Positions 23,666 through 36,335 of a stretch of 50,993 nucleotides of DNA are shown one piece after another. The first letter of the stretch is position 1. The number at the start of each line of letters is the position of its first letter. The notes beneath the pieces are model-generated. The model did not search any database, was not told the origin of the DNA, and was given only the letters and a program-made list of their open reading frames with translations. A program made the translations under genes and the position numbers. Location of the stretch: the NCBI RefSeq assembly GCF_001194135.2, contig NC_068982.1:83355971-83406963 (forward strand), written 5' to 3'. This DNA comes from Octopus bimaculoides. Its lineage: Eukaryota.

Positions 23666-25435
23666 TCCTCTGCATCACCAACCTTATGCCCTTTGTCTTT
23701 ACAAGGCATGCATTCAGCATGGCTTTAGGATTTTCAGGTCCAGCTTGATCCCTCCCAGCCATATGTCACCTTGCATCACATTTGTACCAACTGACCACCC
23801 ATTCAGTGATTGAAAGGTGACTGATCAGTATTGTTACCAATGCACTTCATTGTCACCTTTATATTTCTCTGCCCCAGATATTGGGGTTCAAGTGGATGGG
23901 TTACATCTCACTATTTCAACTTTTTTTCTGAGTTCTTGGTGCTAAAAATACTAAATACATTTCCATATACCTTACCACACTCAATCAAGAGAATTTCTTC
24001 TGATTTATCATGTGTAAGGCCTTTTATAGTTTCTCTTTCAGTGCCAAATGGAATCCTCAACTATTCTTTCTTTGGGTAGAAAGAGAGGACGACTGTCTTG
24101 CATGACATAGCATTTCCAAATGGCGCTTTTTTTTTTTAAAGAAATTCTACATGTCCAGTGTATCCCTACCTGGCTTAACAGGCAAACAAAACTGACCCCA
24201 TCTGTAATATTTTTAATGTTTTCAGTTTGAAGCTGTAAGTGTGTGTGTGTAATGTTATTGTTAACCAAAGAGATATTGACAATTATTTACACTAGCAATG
24301 TCTTCAATGGAATTGTCACATTTGTTCTGTAATGCGGATCTTTGCAAATGATTTCTTGCTCTTCTTTGTGTATATTGTGTGTGTGTGACAGTCTTGGTTC
24401 AACATTTTGTTTTTTATTCTTTTGAGGAGTATGGCTGGGAATTTTTGCAGCTATTTATAGACAGTGTCAAAGCAATAAAATTTCTCTACAGAAAAATAGC
24501 AAATCCTATTTATTTTCTGTCAACCTCTAAGTTTTCTAAAGCTATCTGTATACAAGTAAGTTTAATAAGGTTAAATGCCTTGTTGTAATTGTCCTGTCTT
24601 CAAAGAGCAACTTGAAAATATCTGATTGGGTCATCAAATCTATATTAATCCTTTAGCATTTAGCTTACTCTGTCAAATGTAATGCTTATTTATTCACATT
24701 GTTTGAATTAATCATGTATTATCTCATAGTTTTGATATTTCAGTGAAATGATTGTTTATTTTTAGAATAACATTGTAGGGTGTGAGAGCCTGGATCTGGC
24801 CAGTTTGAACATAAATCAGGTAGAATATTTTGGCTAGATATAATTGGTTTAAATGTTAAAGGGTTAAAGCTAGATTGCTGTGGTGTTAAAAGATGTCATG
24901 CTGTGGAAAGAAGATGGTAAAAGTGTATATGAGAGATGTTTAAACTGGTACATGCACACATGCACTAATGTTAATGGCACACACAAAAGGAAACAGAAGG
25001 CTTCTACAAGCCATTCAGTCTACAAAAATAAATAACCAGTTTCCTTCAAATCATACTGCCATTTTAGAAAAAATAAAGAGCATATTTTATGTTGCTGTCC
25101 AGAATACTCAATGCTTAAAGGACACATTAGACAACACAGTCATAGATGCTCAATGCCTAAAAACAATATTGGTTGCTCTTGTTTGGATTGCTGGTTCAGC
25201 ACTTACCTGGATGTCGACAAGCTGTGTCAGGATGCACTCAGTAGTACACGGGTAAGATTTTAAGAATGAAGCAAATCACTTATTTTCTTTGTGGTATGCA
25301 CATAGATACTATCATATTAGCCATAACAAAGAAATAACTGATTTAATGGAAATGGCACCCTTGTTCTTACAGACAATGAAAAGAATGAAGCATGAGAGTG
25401 TCATTACAAGAGGTTGTTAACTGATGAAAATGCAT

Positions 25436-27890
25436 GGGAGAAAGGACTCAACAGAGGAATCTGGCATCAAAATTGATAGCAGCATTAATTGATAGAGCGA
25501 TTAAGGTAGGGAAGGCAACTGGACTATGAGATGCTTAGCATATCTAGTGGAGTGAGATATGGGCCAGTCAACTGCACAGTAAATCAGGTGGTGCAGGAGG
25601 GTATCATACCCAATGACTGTCATAGAAGCATCATTGTCAACTGTTATGTAGACAAAAGTGATGAATTGGAGAAAGTAAACTAGATGTTTTAAATTGTTGA
25701 ACTAGGTTATGAAGATTCAGAGAAAAAAAAACATAGTTCATTTGATGGTAAAGAGAATTAACAGAGATGCAATGTAGTTTGATTTTGTGCTAAGAAGTAC
25801 TAATGATGCCACCTTCTTGAAACAGCTACAACAGTATCTAGTTAGGAATAAGCCCCTACTCCTGGTATTTGTCAACTGAGAGAAGGTATTGACAGGGTTC
25901 CTTGGTCTGGTGGTCACTGAGGAAGCTTGAAGTAGAAGAATGGCTTGTAAGAGCTCTACAAGCCATGTATAGAAGTGTAGTAAACAGTATGTGAGATAGA
26001 AATGAATCCAGTGCAAAAATAGGGGGTGTACCAGGAGTTTATCTTCACTCCTTCTCTGTTCATTTAGTTTCACTTCATAACTAAGATGTTTAAGACCAGC
26101 TGCCTGTAAGAATTCCTTTATGCTGATGTCCTTGTCCTGGTTGTTATACTGGAATTTGTAGTACAATTAGAAAAGAGATTCCAGATATGGAATCGTGAGG
26201 CCTCAAATGAATTTAGCAAAGACAAAAGTATTAGTAAGTAGGAAAGATAAAATTGTTTCCATCAGGGAAATGACTATGTTTGATATATAGAAAAGGAGTT
26301 GGCAGGAACTACTTTATACAATGTACCAAGAGTATACTGGGAGTGCACAGAAGTTGTAGTGAAAACATGTAGGCTAATAGAGAAGGTAAATTTCTTACAT
26401 GGCAGGTGCACAGAGGTAGTTAGTACCAAGGGTACATGTCAAATAGATACTCCAATTCCTTGACAGTTCTCTAGAATGAGTAGATAGCTTCTTTTACATA
26501 GGGAATCAAATTAGCAATGGTGCAGGTATTCTGAAAGCATAATAACCAACATACGAAGTGGTTGGAAAAAATTTAGAGACCTCTATCCTCTGCTGGCAAC
26601 AAAATGCTTCTTCAAAATGAGGGGCAGATTGATGTTTGTGTGTGAAGTATTATGTTGCATGGTAGGAAGACAGAGGATTTGCAAAGACTGGAAGGAATTG
26701 AAGCAAACATACTTTGTTGGATGCGCGAGGTGTTATCAAAAGGTTCACAGACAATTTTGTTTAATAAAAAATAACTTATTTACCTAACTTCTAACATCCT
26801 CTCCTTCAAAATAGTCACCCTGCGCAGCAATACGCAGGTCCCAGCATTCCTACCACTTTTGGAATCTGGCTCTGGAAGTTGTTTTTCATAAGCAAGTCAA
26901 GGACCTTCTGCAATTCACTCTGGATTTCAACAACAGTGTTAAAATGGAGATGGAAGTCTTCAGGTGCTTAATCTGGTGAATAGGGCTGGTGCAGAAACAA
27001 TGCCATGTTGTCTTTGGTGAGAAACTCACAAGTGAGAAGAGCTCAGTGACAGGGTGCATTGTTGTCACAAAGAATTGGATTCTTCATGCTCCACAGATCC
27101 ATTCGGCTTCACAAAATGTCCTTCCTCAAGCGCTTTAAAATGTCATAGTAGAACTCTTGATTGATGGTCTAGCCCTAGGGGATGAATTCTCAATGCACAA
27201 TATCACATTTCCAGGGATGACTCTTGTAGCAGGTCTTCCATATCACTCATCATCTTCCAGGGATATTCTTCCACTTTTGAAGCATCCATGCCACTCAAAA
27301 CATTGTGTGCAACCCATTGCCTCATCACTGTAAGCTTGCTGAAACATGCTCAATGTCTCTGTTGCAGACTTCCCTAGTTTAACACAAAATTTCACACTGG
27401 CTTTTTGTTCTTGTCCATGACAAGATTGCAGATTACAGCATATACTTAATCACAAACATTCGAATTACACAACTTGTGAAATAAACACAGTGATGTCACT
27501 CAGCAGACTGCCTCATGAAAGTTACTGCTTGCTCTCACTGAGCACACAGCTGTGTGCTGCCATCTGTTGGTGTGCTACAGAACTAGTCTGGGAACTTTTT
27601 TATACCACCTCATAGTACTAGTGTGCATGAGCAACTGTGCCCCTACATACTGAGAAAAACTGAACATATGAGGAATTAGATGTAACAAGCAAGAAAGAAG
27701 ACTGCATTGGTTTGGACACGTGGTGTATATGGAGTAAGATAGATTTATAAAGATGTGTTATGCACTCAAAATGACTGGGAACTGTGGAAATGGAAGACAG
27801 GAGAATACTTGAGAATTCTTGGAGATTGATCTAAAGTTGTATCAGAGGAGATGACTAACAAGTTCATTGGTGACGCTATGTTGTCCATCC
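25436..27890 (+). mobile_element. Old RTE-clade LINE RT fragment, interrupted by a mariner
   Basis: Degenerate RT sequence (gagaaggtattgacagggttcc, tatgctgatgtccttg, agtagatagcttc). RTE sequence continues across 26726-27612. Confidence 0.75.
26726..27612 (-). mobile_element. Internally deleted mariner (~890 bp) with both TIRs
   Basis: Left GAGGTGTTATCAAAAGGTTCACAGAC matches the reverse complement of the right end (GAGGTGGTATAAAAAAGTTCCCAGAC), which is followed by TA. Transposase N-terminus ...VKFCVKLGKSATETLSMFQQAYSDEAMG...FEWH...FKSGRISLEDDE. Confidence 0.92.
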
Positions 27891-28402
27891 AGGCATGGTA
27901 TAATAGAGGTGGACTGGGTTGTGGTAGAATGAGTTATGTGTGTCATTGGGAAGATGTGATAACTGGTAGCATAGAAGAGATGACCAATGGAAAATAAAAG
28001 AGGGAAAGGATGAATGTGAACAGGGAGTGGCAGAGATGATTGATGGCATGGTAGCACAGAAAGGGATGATGAAATATGTAGTTCTGCTCTCATTTAATTA
28101 CAGCATCAGAATAAGCAATAGTTAAAAGGAATGATTGATAGAGAAATGAGGGGTAGGAGAAGGCTTGACAGACAAATTGAGGGAGCCCAGTTGTGTGCAT
28201 ACACCTTTTGCTTCCAGAACCTCCTGTCCCTCAATACTACTCCTCCCAGTTGAGGAGTCTTGTCCTAGAAGTAACTTAATGAGATCACTGTTACTGGCCA
28301 TGTAAAAAGTGCTAGTGTCATGATAAAGTGAGCCCAGTACATTGTAAAAGTGGTTATTGTTAAAAAAGACATCAAGCCTTTGAAGCAATGCCAAAGTAGA
28401 AT

Positions 28403-28561
28403 CATTTCTACTCTAGGTACAAGGCCCAAAGTTTTTGGGGAGGGGAGCCAGTCAATTAGGTTGACCCAGTATGCAACTGGTACTTAATTCATCGACCCTG
28501 AAAAGATGAAAAGCAAAGTCAACCTCGGTGGAATTTTAACTCAGAATGTAGAGACAGATGA
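28403..28561 (-). mobile_element. Truncated SINE with a 16-bp flanking direct repeat, nested in another SINE tail
   Basis: catcgaccctgaaaagatgaaaagcaaagtcaacctcggtggaattttaactcag; AATGCCAAAGTAGAAT occurs at 28387-28402 and 28562-28577. Confidence 0.75.
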
Positions 28562-28694
28562 AATGCCAAAGTAGAATGTACAAGTAGAACGACTTGTCTA
28601 GAAAGGCAATAACTCCAAATAAAACTTAAACAATGATGATCTGTCTTTCTCATCTAACATAAAATACATATTATATGAGTTTAAACTGAAAAAT

Positions 28695-28802
28695 AATCTG
28701 CTTCAACAAATCCTACCCAATCCATTGCAAGCATTTAAAAGTATGTGTTAAATATACTTTTTAATGCTCACATGGATTAGGCAGGATTTGTTGAAGCAGA
28801 TT
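28695..28802. repeat. ~108-bp fold-back inverted repeat (hairpin)
   Basis: Perfect 20-bp outer arms (28695-28714 / 28783-28802), inner pairs AATCCAT/ATGGATT, AGCATT/AATGCT and AAAAGTAT/ATACTTTT, 9-nt loop. Confidence 0.9.
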
Positions 28803-29862
28803 TTCTGTAGCCAGATGCTCTTCCTGTTGCCAACACTCACCTGTTAGTATGTGTAATTAAGTAAATTGCATATTATCTTATGGAAGTATGTGTGTATACA
28901 CAGACATAGCTAGTTAGCTTACTTTCTTTGTATAATAAGGCGACTGTTGAAGACAAACAGATGATCAGCAAAATAAATAACATGTTATTTTCTATTACAC
29001 TCATGCATTCTCAATTTAAATTTCTTTGTAGCTGACCAAATTCTCGATAGAACAACATAAGAATGGCCAATTTGTTGCTGTTTAGACCCAGCTTAGCTCT
29101 GAGTTTGCAGACCTGTAATCTAAGATTCCAAGCATGACAAACCCAGCTTATTCAGATAGTATTTCCTGAACATTTTCCAATGTCCTTCCTATCTCAAAGA
29201 TGATAAGGTGTGACTCCTTTTTCTAGCATCCTGAGTTACCATGTAGAGGTACTTATATTGTCCAGTAATGGTCACACTGGTAACAAAAACAGCCTCAAAC
29301 AGAATGGCTGACCCCTACCACCCACCCACCCTGACTTCTTGGAATGTTTATTCAGATAAAGAAATATAAATATAAAAATAGGAATAAATCTTCCATTAAG
29401 GTAGTTACAGTTAGAATGGTTTCGATGATGAGTTTGCTGAACCCAGATTCACCTTGGACTAAACAATAACTTCATTTGTAGGCACCTGTTGACAAATTCA
29501 CTTCAAACAGACCTAGGAGGGTTTTTTTTCTATTGTTATACATCAAAACTCGTTTAATATAAGTACTGTGTAATATTGGGGTCTGTTTGATATGGTTGAT
29601 GTCCCCCTAAACAACAACACCACATTTTTGTTTTATATTATTTCTTCATGTAGCATATAAAGACAAGATTAGTAATGTTTATGTCATATATATACATACA
29701 CACATTTAGAAGCATGTTAGAATGTTTTCTATTACAAATTGGATTTTCTCAGCTTCCCTCCTGGCCATTAAATGTAACTCCTTCCTCACAACTTCTCAAT
29801 ATGTCCCTCTACACAACCTAGAGAAACAGTTTCACATGTGCAAAGCCCCATCAATTTATTGG

Positions 29863-32000
29863 TGAAGATAGGGAAAGCTCTTGAATCAAGAAATGCCACC
29901 AAGAAGCTTAAAATATCTGATGGAGTGGGACAGTCACCTGTAGAGTTAATCAGGCTGTCCAGGAAGGGTTCAAACCCAATAACGGGTGCAGCAGCATTAT
30001 AATCAACTGCTACAAAGGGAAAGGTGATGCCTTAGACTGAAATAATAACAGAGGTATCAGATTGGTTGACCAGATCATGAAAGTTACGGAAGGGGTCATA
30101 CCTTTTCATACATCACTGGTATACACTGAACCGCAAAAAGAAACACGATTTTTTTCAAATGTCATTTTTATATGGTAAATTCTGGAAATTTATTTCAGAG
30201 ATGTAAGTGTAAATATTCCAAGGCATGCTGGTTTATGGCTGAGACCCAAATTGCAGGTAACCTTTCAACTTTCACTGAAACGAGATGTCAAAATGCAGCT
30301 GTATTGAATACCGTAGGTAGCAGTCACAAACAATTGTCATGAAAACCAGTGCAAATGGTTATTCATAAATGCAAATGACCTTCTCAGGTGAAGAACATAC
30401 TCCTCAACATAGGTTAATTGTAAGTGACTTTGGAGTACAAGGATTCCAAGAAGCAACTTAGTCTGGAGAAGGAAAATTTGGAAGCTTAAAAATCCTTTGA
30501 ATAATTAAAGATTTAGAGAAGCATATGCAGAGGAAATAGACTTGTAATCTAGAGGACAACTGGAAGCTTCTGTGGGACAACTTACTGTGGGTCACAGGCC
30601 AAATTTGAAGCTGGTGCATGATCTCGACCAGACCCAGGTTGACATGGTGATAGAACAGTGAAATCGATAGGGCCATAAGAGCAAAGAAACAAGTCTGGAA
30701 GGTGTGGAAAAGTGGGTGTAGCAGATAGCTATACCAGGTAGCTAGACAGGTATATTTAGCCAGGGGAGATGCAGAAAGGAAGAAGTTTGCTAATGATCTG
30801 CAGCTTCAGGACCAGAGTCATGAGGTATTTCAGATTGCAAGACTATGTTTAGATAAATGATGGTACACTTGCACTTAGTGATTCTGCAAAGAAAGAGGCT
30901 TGGAAGTGCCACTATGAAAGGTTGCTAAGTGTGGAGAATGCATGGGAAAAAGAAAGTCTTCTTCGTGTTGACCCAACTGAGAGACCAGCTATCCAAGATG
31001 ATAGCAGCATAATAGGTAAAGCAATTAAAGATATGAAGATAGGGAAAGCTCTTGAATCAAGAAATGCCACCAAGAAGCTTAAAATAGCTGATGGAGTGGG
31101 ACAGTCACCTGTAGAGTTAATCAGGCTGTCCAGGAAGGGTTCAAACCCAATAACGGGTGCAGCAGCATTATAGTCAACTGCTACAAAGGGAAAGGTGATG
31201 CCTTAGACTGAAATAATAACAGAGGTATCAGATTGGTTAACCAGATCATGAAAGTTACGGAAGGGGTCATACCTCAACTAATTAGGAAAAGAGTTAATCT
31301 AGATGTGATGCAGTTTGGTTTTGTGCCTGGGTGAAGCATTACTGATGCTATCTTCCTCATAAGGCAACTGCATGAGAAGCATTTAGTGAAAAATAAACCA
31401 CTGTATTTGGCATTCATTGATGTGGAGAAAGCCTTTGACAAGGTCCCTCACTCTCTCATTTAGTGGTTGATGTGAAAGCTTAGGAAGATGAGTGGTTGGT
31501 GAGAGCCATCGATCCCATGTACAGGGATGCTCTCTATAAAGTAAAATTCAGCAGTGAGTTCAGAGAGCTACTACCTTTATCAGTAACAAAGGGCTTTTCC
31601 TTCAGAGTGAACGACAGATTGTATGATGCCTGTGTATGGGTAGCTATGACTGCAGAGGACATGTGAAGGCTTCAAAGGAATGAAGCCAGTCTCCTCTGCT
31701 AGATGTGCAATGCCAGTGTGCATGTATGACAAAGTATAAATGTGTTTGAGAGAAAAATTGGATATAACAGGCATCACATGTAGTGTGTAAGAGAGGAAAG
31801 ACGACTGCACTGGTATGGTCATGTGATGTGTATGGATGAGGACAGCTGCATAAAGAAGTGCCACTCTCTAAATGTGAAGGGAAACTATGGAAGAGGAAGA
31901 CGTGGAAAAAAGTAGCAAGAAATGATCTGATGTTATGCCTCACAGAGTAGATGTGAAAGGACTGAAACAATTGACAATATGCTGTGCTTGAGAAGACCTG
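29863..32000 (+). mobile_element. Decayed RTE-clade LINE (end of endonuclease, RT, C-terminus), preceded by a 241-bp duplicate of its own middle
   Basis: ggtgaagaacatactcctcaacataggttaattgtaagtgac (HR motif region), ENAWEKESL, gagaaagcctttgacaagg (EKAFD), ctgcactggtatggtcatgtg. 29863-30103 is nearly identical to 31034-31274. Confidence 0.85.
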
Positions 32001-32439
32001 TCCACCTAAGTAAAATCAAAGACATAATGGTGTGTCCATGCCCCTCTCATTCCTATAACACAATCTATTCCCTGACAAACCTCACCCATGACCCATCATC
32101 CCAACACCTCCCACTTCCCCTTAGCCATGTTCACCACCATTGTATTCCCCCCCACTCTCCCTCACCTACCTCCACACAGTATGTCACTACTGAATCTCTT
32201 CCTTACAACATAGCCTCACAATCCCTCATCCACTTCACTCTATACACATCCCTCTAACTTGGGTGTACAGCCCCTGCCCTCCTCTCCATCTCATCTTTAC
32301 CTCCTTTTCTTATCTCTCTCCCTCTCCACTTCAGGTAGCCACATTTATTCACTAATGCAAGAAGCCTTTTTCTGCCCCTTAATATTATTTTCCCCATCAG
32401 TTGAGAAGTCTAGCCCTACAAGTTACTTGGTGACCTCAT

Positions 32440-32628
32440 TGCTGCTGGTACCACATAAAAAGCACCCAGTACACTCTGTAAAGCAGTTGGCATTAGGATG
32501 GACATCCAACAATAGAAACCATGCCAAAGCACACAGCAGAGCATGGTGCAGTCTTCTGATTTGCCATTTTCTGTCAAACTGTCCAACCAATGCCAGCATG
32601 GAAAACAGATATTAAATGATGATGATAT
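32440..32628 (+). mobile_element. SINE 3' tail with (GAT)n end
   Basis: cataaaaagcacccagtacactctgtaaag...ccaaccaatgccagcatggaaaacagatattaaatgatgatgat. Confidence 0.8.
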
Positions 32629-32704
32629 AATATAAATGGTAAATATATAAGAAAAAGCTTTGATCTCCTTTGATGAATAATATTTGGTTTTTATGTTTTT
32701 CCAG

Positions 32705-32863
32705 AATTGATCATGAGTCGTAAAAGAACATTGATGCCTGATATCTATAAAGCGAAGAAACGGCAGTGTTTGGCTGTTGGAACTGCTGCTGCTACTGTTG
32801 CTGCCTCTGCCACTGCCACTCCCAATTCACTTGACAGTGAAGAAGCAGAGAACAAGAATGATT
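32705..32863 (+). CDS. Candidate first coding exon of an unidentified gene (MSRKRTLMPDIYKAKKRQCLAVG...SEEAENKND; bipartite-NLS-like)
   Basis: Polypyrimidine tract and CAG at 32702-32704; ATG at 32713; 50 open codons; GTAAGT donor at 32864. No family recognised and no downstream exon found. Confidence 0.55.
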
Positions 32864-32891
32864 GTAAGTTAACAACATTCATAGATAGATA

Positions 32892-32928
<37 letters not shown>

Positions 32929-33130
32929 AGTTATGTCTTGGTTAGTGCTCTAGTTATATCCCTAAAAGCTGAAGCACTACCCAAAGCCACATTATATTGG
33001 GCCAATACAGAAGACCATTCTAACATAGTATAAACAGAGTTGTGAGCTAAAAAAATAAAGATGAGGTCAAAAGAACAGAGTGGATTAGGTTGACACTCAG
33101 GAAAATTGTAAGAATTCTTTAATGTAAGCT

Positions 33131-33532
33131 GTAACTTTCATGATCTGGTCAACCAATCTGATACCTCTGTTATTATTTCAGTCTAAGGCATCATCTTTCT
33201 CTTTGTAGCAGTTGACTATAATGCTGCTGCACCCGTTATTGGGTTTGAACCCTTCTTGGACAGCCTGATTAACTCTACAGGTGACTGTCCCACTCCATCA
33301 GATATTTTAAGCTTCTTGGTGGTATTTCTTGATTCAAGAGCTTTCCCTATCTTCATATCCTTAATTGCTTTACCTATTATGCTGCTATTATCTTGGATAG
33401 CTGGTCTCTCAGTTGGGTCCACACGAGGAAGACTTTCTTTTTCCCATGCATTCTCCACACTTAGTAACCTTTCATAGTGGTACTTCCAAGCCTCTTTCTT
33501 TGCAGACTCACTAAGTGCAAGTGTACCATCAT
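33131..33532 (-). repeat. 402-bp inverted copy of RTE segment 30857-31258
   Basis: ORFs 30922..31173 and 33216..33458 are nearly identical (about 5 aa differences) and share the same lesions. Confidence 0.93.
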
Positions 33533-33850
33533 CCTAGCGTACAGAAAGGTTAGATGAGGAAAGAAAAAAAATAGAGAAACAGTGAGATGACTGGAAAAAG
33601 AATTTGACATGAGGTGTGGGTCGCAAGGGAGACAACAGTGACTTGGCATGTGTGTGTTCATGAAGCTAATGTGTATATGTGTGTGTGTGTATGATGAAAT
33701 ATGTATGTATATAGTCTGTGTATGAAACTATTGTGTATATGCATTTAGCATGTGTGTGTGTGATCTTATTTTCTGTTTATGCATGTGATGCTATTGTGTG
33801 TATTTATGTATATGTGCAAGTCCCTGTTTTCAGTTGTTGTTTGTATGAAG

Positions 33851-34224
33851 CAGGAACGTACCACCTAGGTAGGCAAGATAGGTAGTGCCTACCTTGAATA
33901 AAATAGGTTGATAGCAATATTTTCCTTTTATGGCAAAATATGCACCTAATTCAATAAAATGCAAAATATCTTATTTTTTTCGTAGAGTAGGTAGACAATT
34001 CGCCCCCTGCTTTTCAATCTCAGTATTTAAGCTACGCATAGTACTGCTGTAGTACACGTGTTGCGTACACTCCTACAACACCGTTTTCTTTATATGCTAT
34101 AAAGTCAGAAATAAATCTGCCTTCAACTCAGTCGCACACCTGTGTTTCACTTGCACGTTTTGTGTTTTACTACATAAAGGTCATCAACTGCCTACCCTGA
34201 GTAATTACTGACTGCACATGCCTG
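33851..34224. mobile_element. hAT-type MITE (374 bp)
   Basis: CAGG...CCTG termini, subterminal GGTAGGCA/TGCCTACC motifs, 8-bp TSD GTATGAAG (33843-33850) / GTATAAAG (34225-34232). Confidence 0.8.
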
Positions 34225-36335
34225 GTATAAAGTTAATGTGTGTATGTATATTCCATGTATTTGTGCTTGCATGTGTGTGTGTGTTATAGGAGGGTGCTGT
34301 GAGTTTGATAGGTTATTCTTAATGTTGATATAAATACAATTGAATAAGCAGGTGGACAAGTAGCATTTTGTGATAATGTTCATACCAGAAAAGGAGACAG
34401 AGGAGTATTTGTTTCATGGACAAGTTGTATATGGCCTCTGTAAACTCTGCCTGGCTAATCTTCAACAAAGTGAGAAAAAATATCTCGACAGCAAAATCAT
34501 ATAGCAGCAAGAGATTTGATACAAAATCAGACTGAAATTTTAGCAAAATGATAGCTTGTATTAACCAATCAAGTGTAGACATATTCTTAAGAATATGTGG
34601 TGTTGTATTTGATTTATTGACAGGATACAAAGCCATCAAGAAACTCACCCTGGGAAATCAGGCTGAAATTTAACGTTTAAAATTAAAATTTTGCAACAAA
34701 TCAAGCACAGTTGTCTCCCCTTAGGTGTGACTCGTCCTGGTTTGTATAATTTAGTGAAATATTTACACCAACATTGTTGTGAATACTGATATAATATAGT
34801 TCTTAATATTTTAAGTCTCCCAGGTCTATCAAATAATTACTTTGTGGAAGATGTTTTGCCTTTTCCACAATTGGTTGGTAAAACATGACCATGGTCTAGG
34901 CTGGGATTATGGAAGTGATTTCAAGAGGAGTAGCATCACAGGAAGAGATATTTGGTAGGGATGAGTTGAAAGGAGAGACAAATGTATAAGCTAGCTCGGA
35001 GTGTTAGAAACTATTGTTATAATTGTATAAGAGACGGAGAGAAGGCATCTAGTCAGGTAGCTCTGGTGGTGGTGTGGTGGAGGAGGGATATTAGTAGTGA
35101 TGATGGTTGTGAAGATAGTGGTGTTAGTGGGTGACATTATTGCAGTAGTAATAATGATTTTTTTCTGTGTGTTTTCAGTGGCAGACATTCCTTCAGACAC
35201 GAAAGCTTCACTTTTGTATCTGAAGTCCCTGTTCCCTCTTGAAAAATTTGAAAGCCGTTTACCTCCTGTAATACTTAAACATCAAGTCTACAGTATTGTC
35301 AAGAATCGTACTTTAGTTGACAAACAGTTGGTAAGTTAATTTGATATACCTCCATCCATCTCATCTCATGTCATTATTCTGTGTATGTTTTCCCATTCTG
35401 GCACAGACTGGACATGTTTTATGAGGTTATCTGTTTTATCTGTCCTTGATTATCTGTTTTATGAGGTCCAGTATCCTGAGACAAAACCTTTATTCTTTTC
35501 CTTGTGTCTTCCATTTGTATTGTTTGACACTGTTTTACCTAACATATGCATTACATATCTATCCCATTATTGTCTTCTCCCTTTCATATTACATCAAGTC
35601 TTTTAGTCTTGGAGGGTCTTCAAAAGTCATTAGCTCTGCTCATCATCCAGACAGTAATAAAAATAGAGTGGCTGATTACTCTTATATAATTTATCTCTAA
35701 GTTCACCTCTCTTCCATATTGGCATTTCACATCCAGTTGTCATATAACCTCTACAGTTGGTGCTCAGGTTCTCATTAATATGCAGCATCACCATCACACT
35801 CAGATGTTTTATACTCTACCCTTCACAGTTACTGTCAGAAGTCATAAATCTTGTAATTTTTTTTTACATGATTCTTATTCTGGCTACTCTACTTTCACCA
35901 CAGCCACCTTCAGGGCTGATGAGCTGACCAGAATAGCACAAGTTATCAACATCTAGTATTCTGTGGAGTTGAAATATTCCATTTCTTGGTTGTTCTTACT
36001 GCTTATTGCATAAAATCATTCTCTTCTGTTATCCTAACCTCTAACTGCATCTTTAATATACACCCAATGTTTATAGTGAGAATGCAGTATAGGGTTGGTG
36101 CCTCCTTTCTTTCTGCACATTGAGCACACCTATTTTTCATATGTTGCCAGCTCTCCATTTTCTTTTCTGTTACCTAAAACTTCTCTTTTTACTAAGCATT
36201 TTAGGCATTTTGATTCTTGATCTTGCTTACAAATTTGGAACACTTTCTTTAATTCTGTGACTGATTCAATTGTAAGAATTACATCACCCTTTCTTAACAA
36301 CCACTCATATTAGCCATCAACTACACCTACCCCAC

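Noticed and set aside
35905-35945. CTGATGAG CTG-AC-CAG hammerhead-like start
   Set aside because: No GAAA after the stem, and no NUH or stem I.
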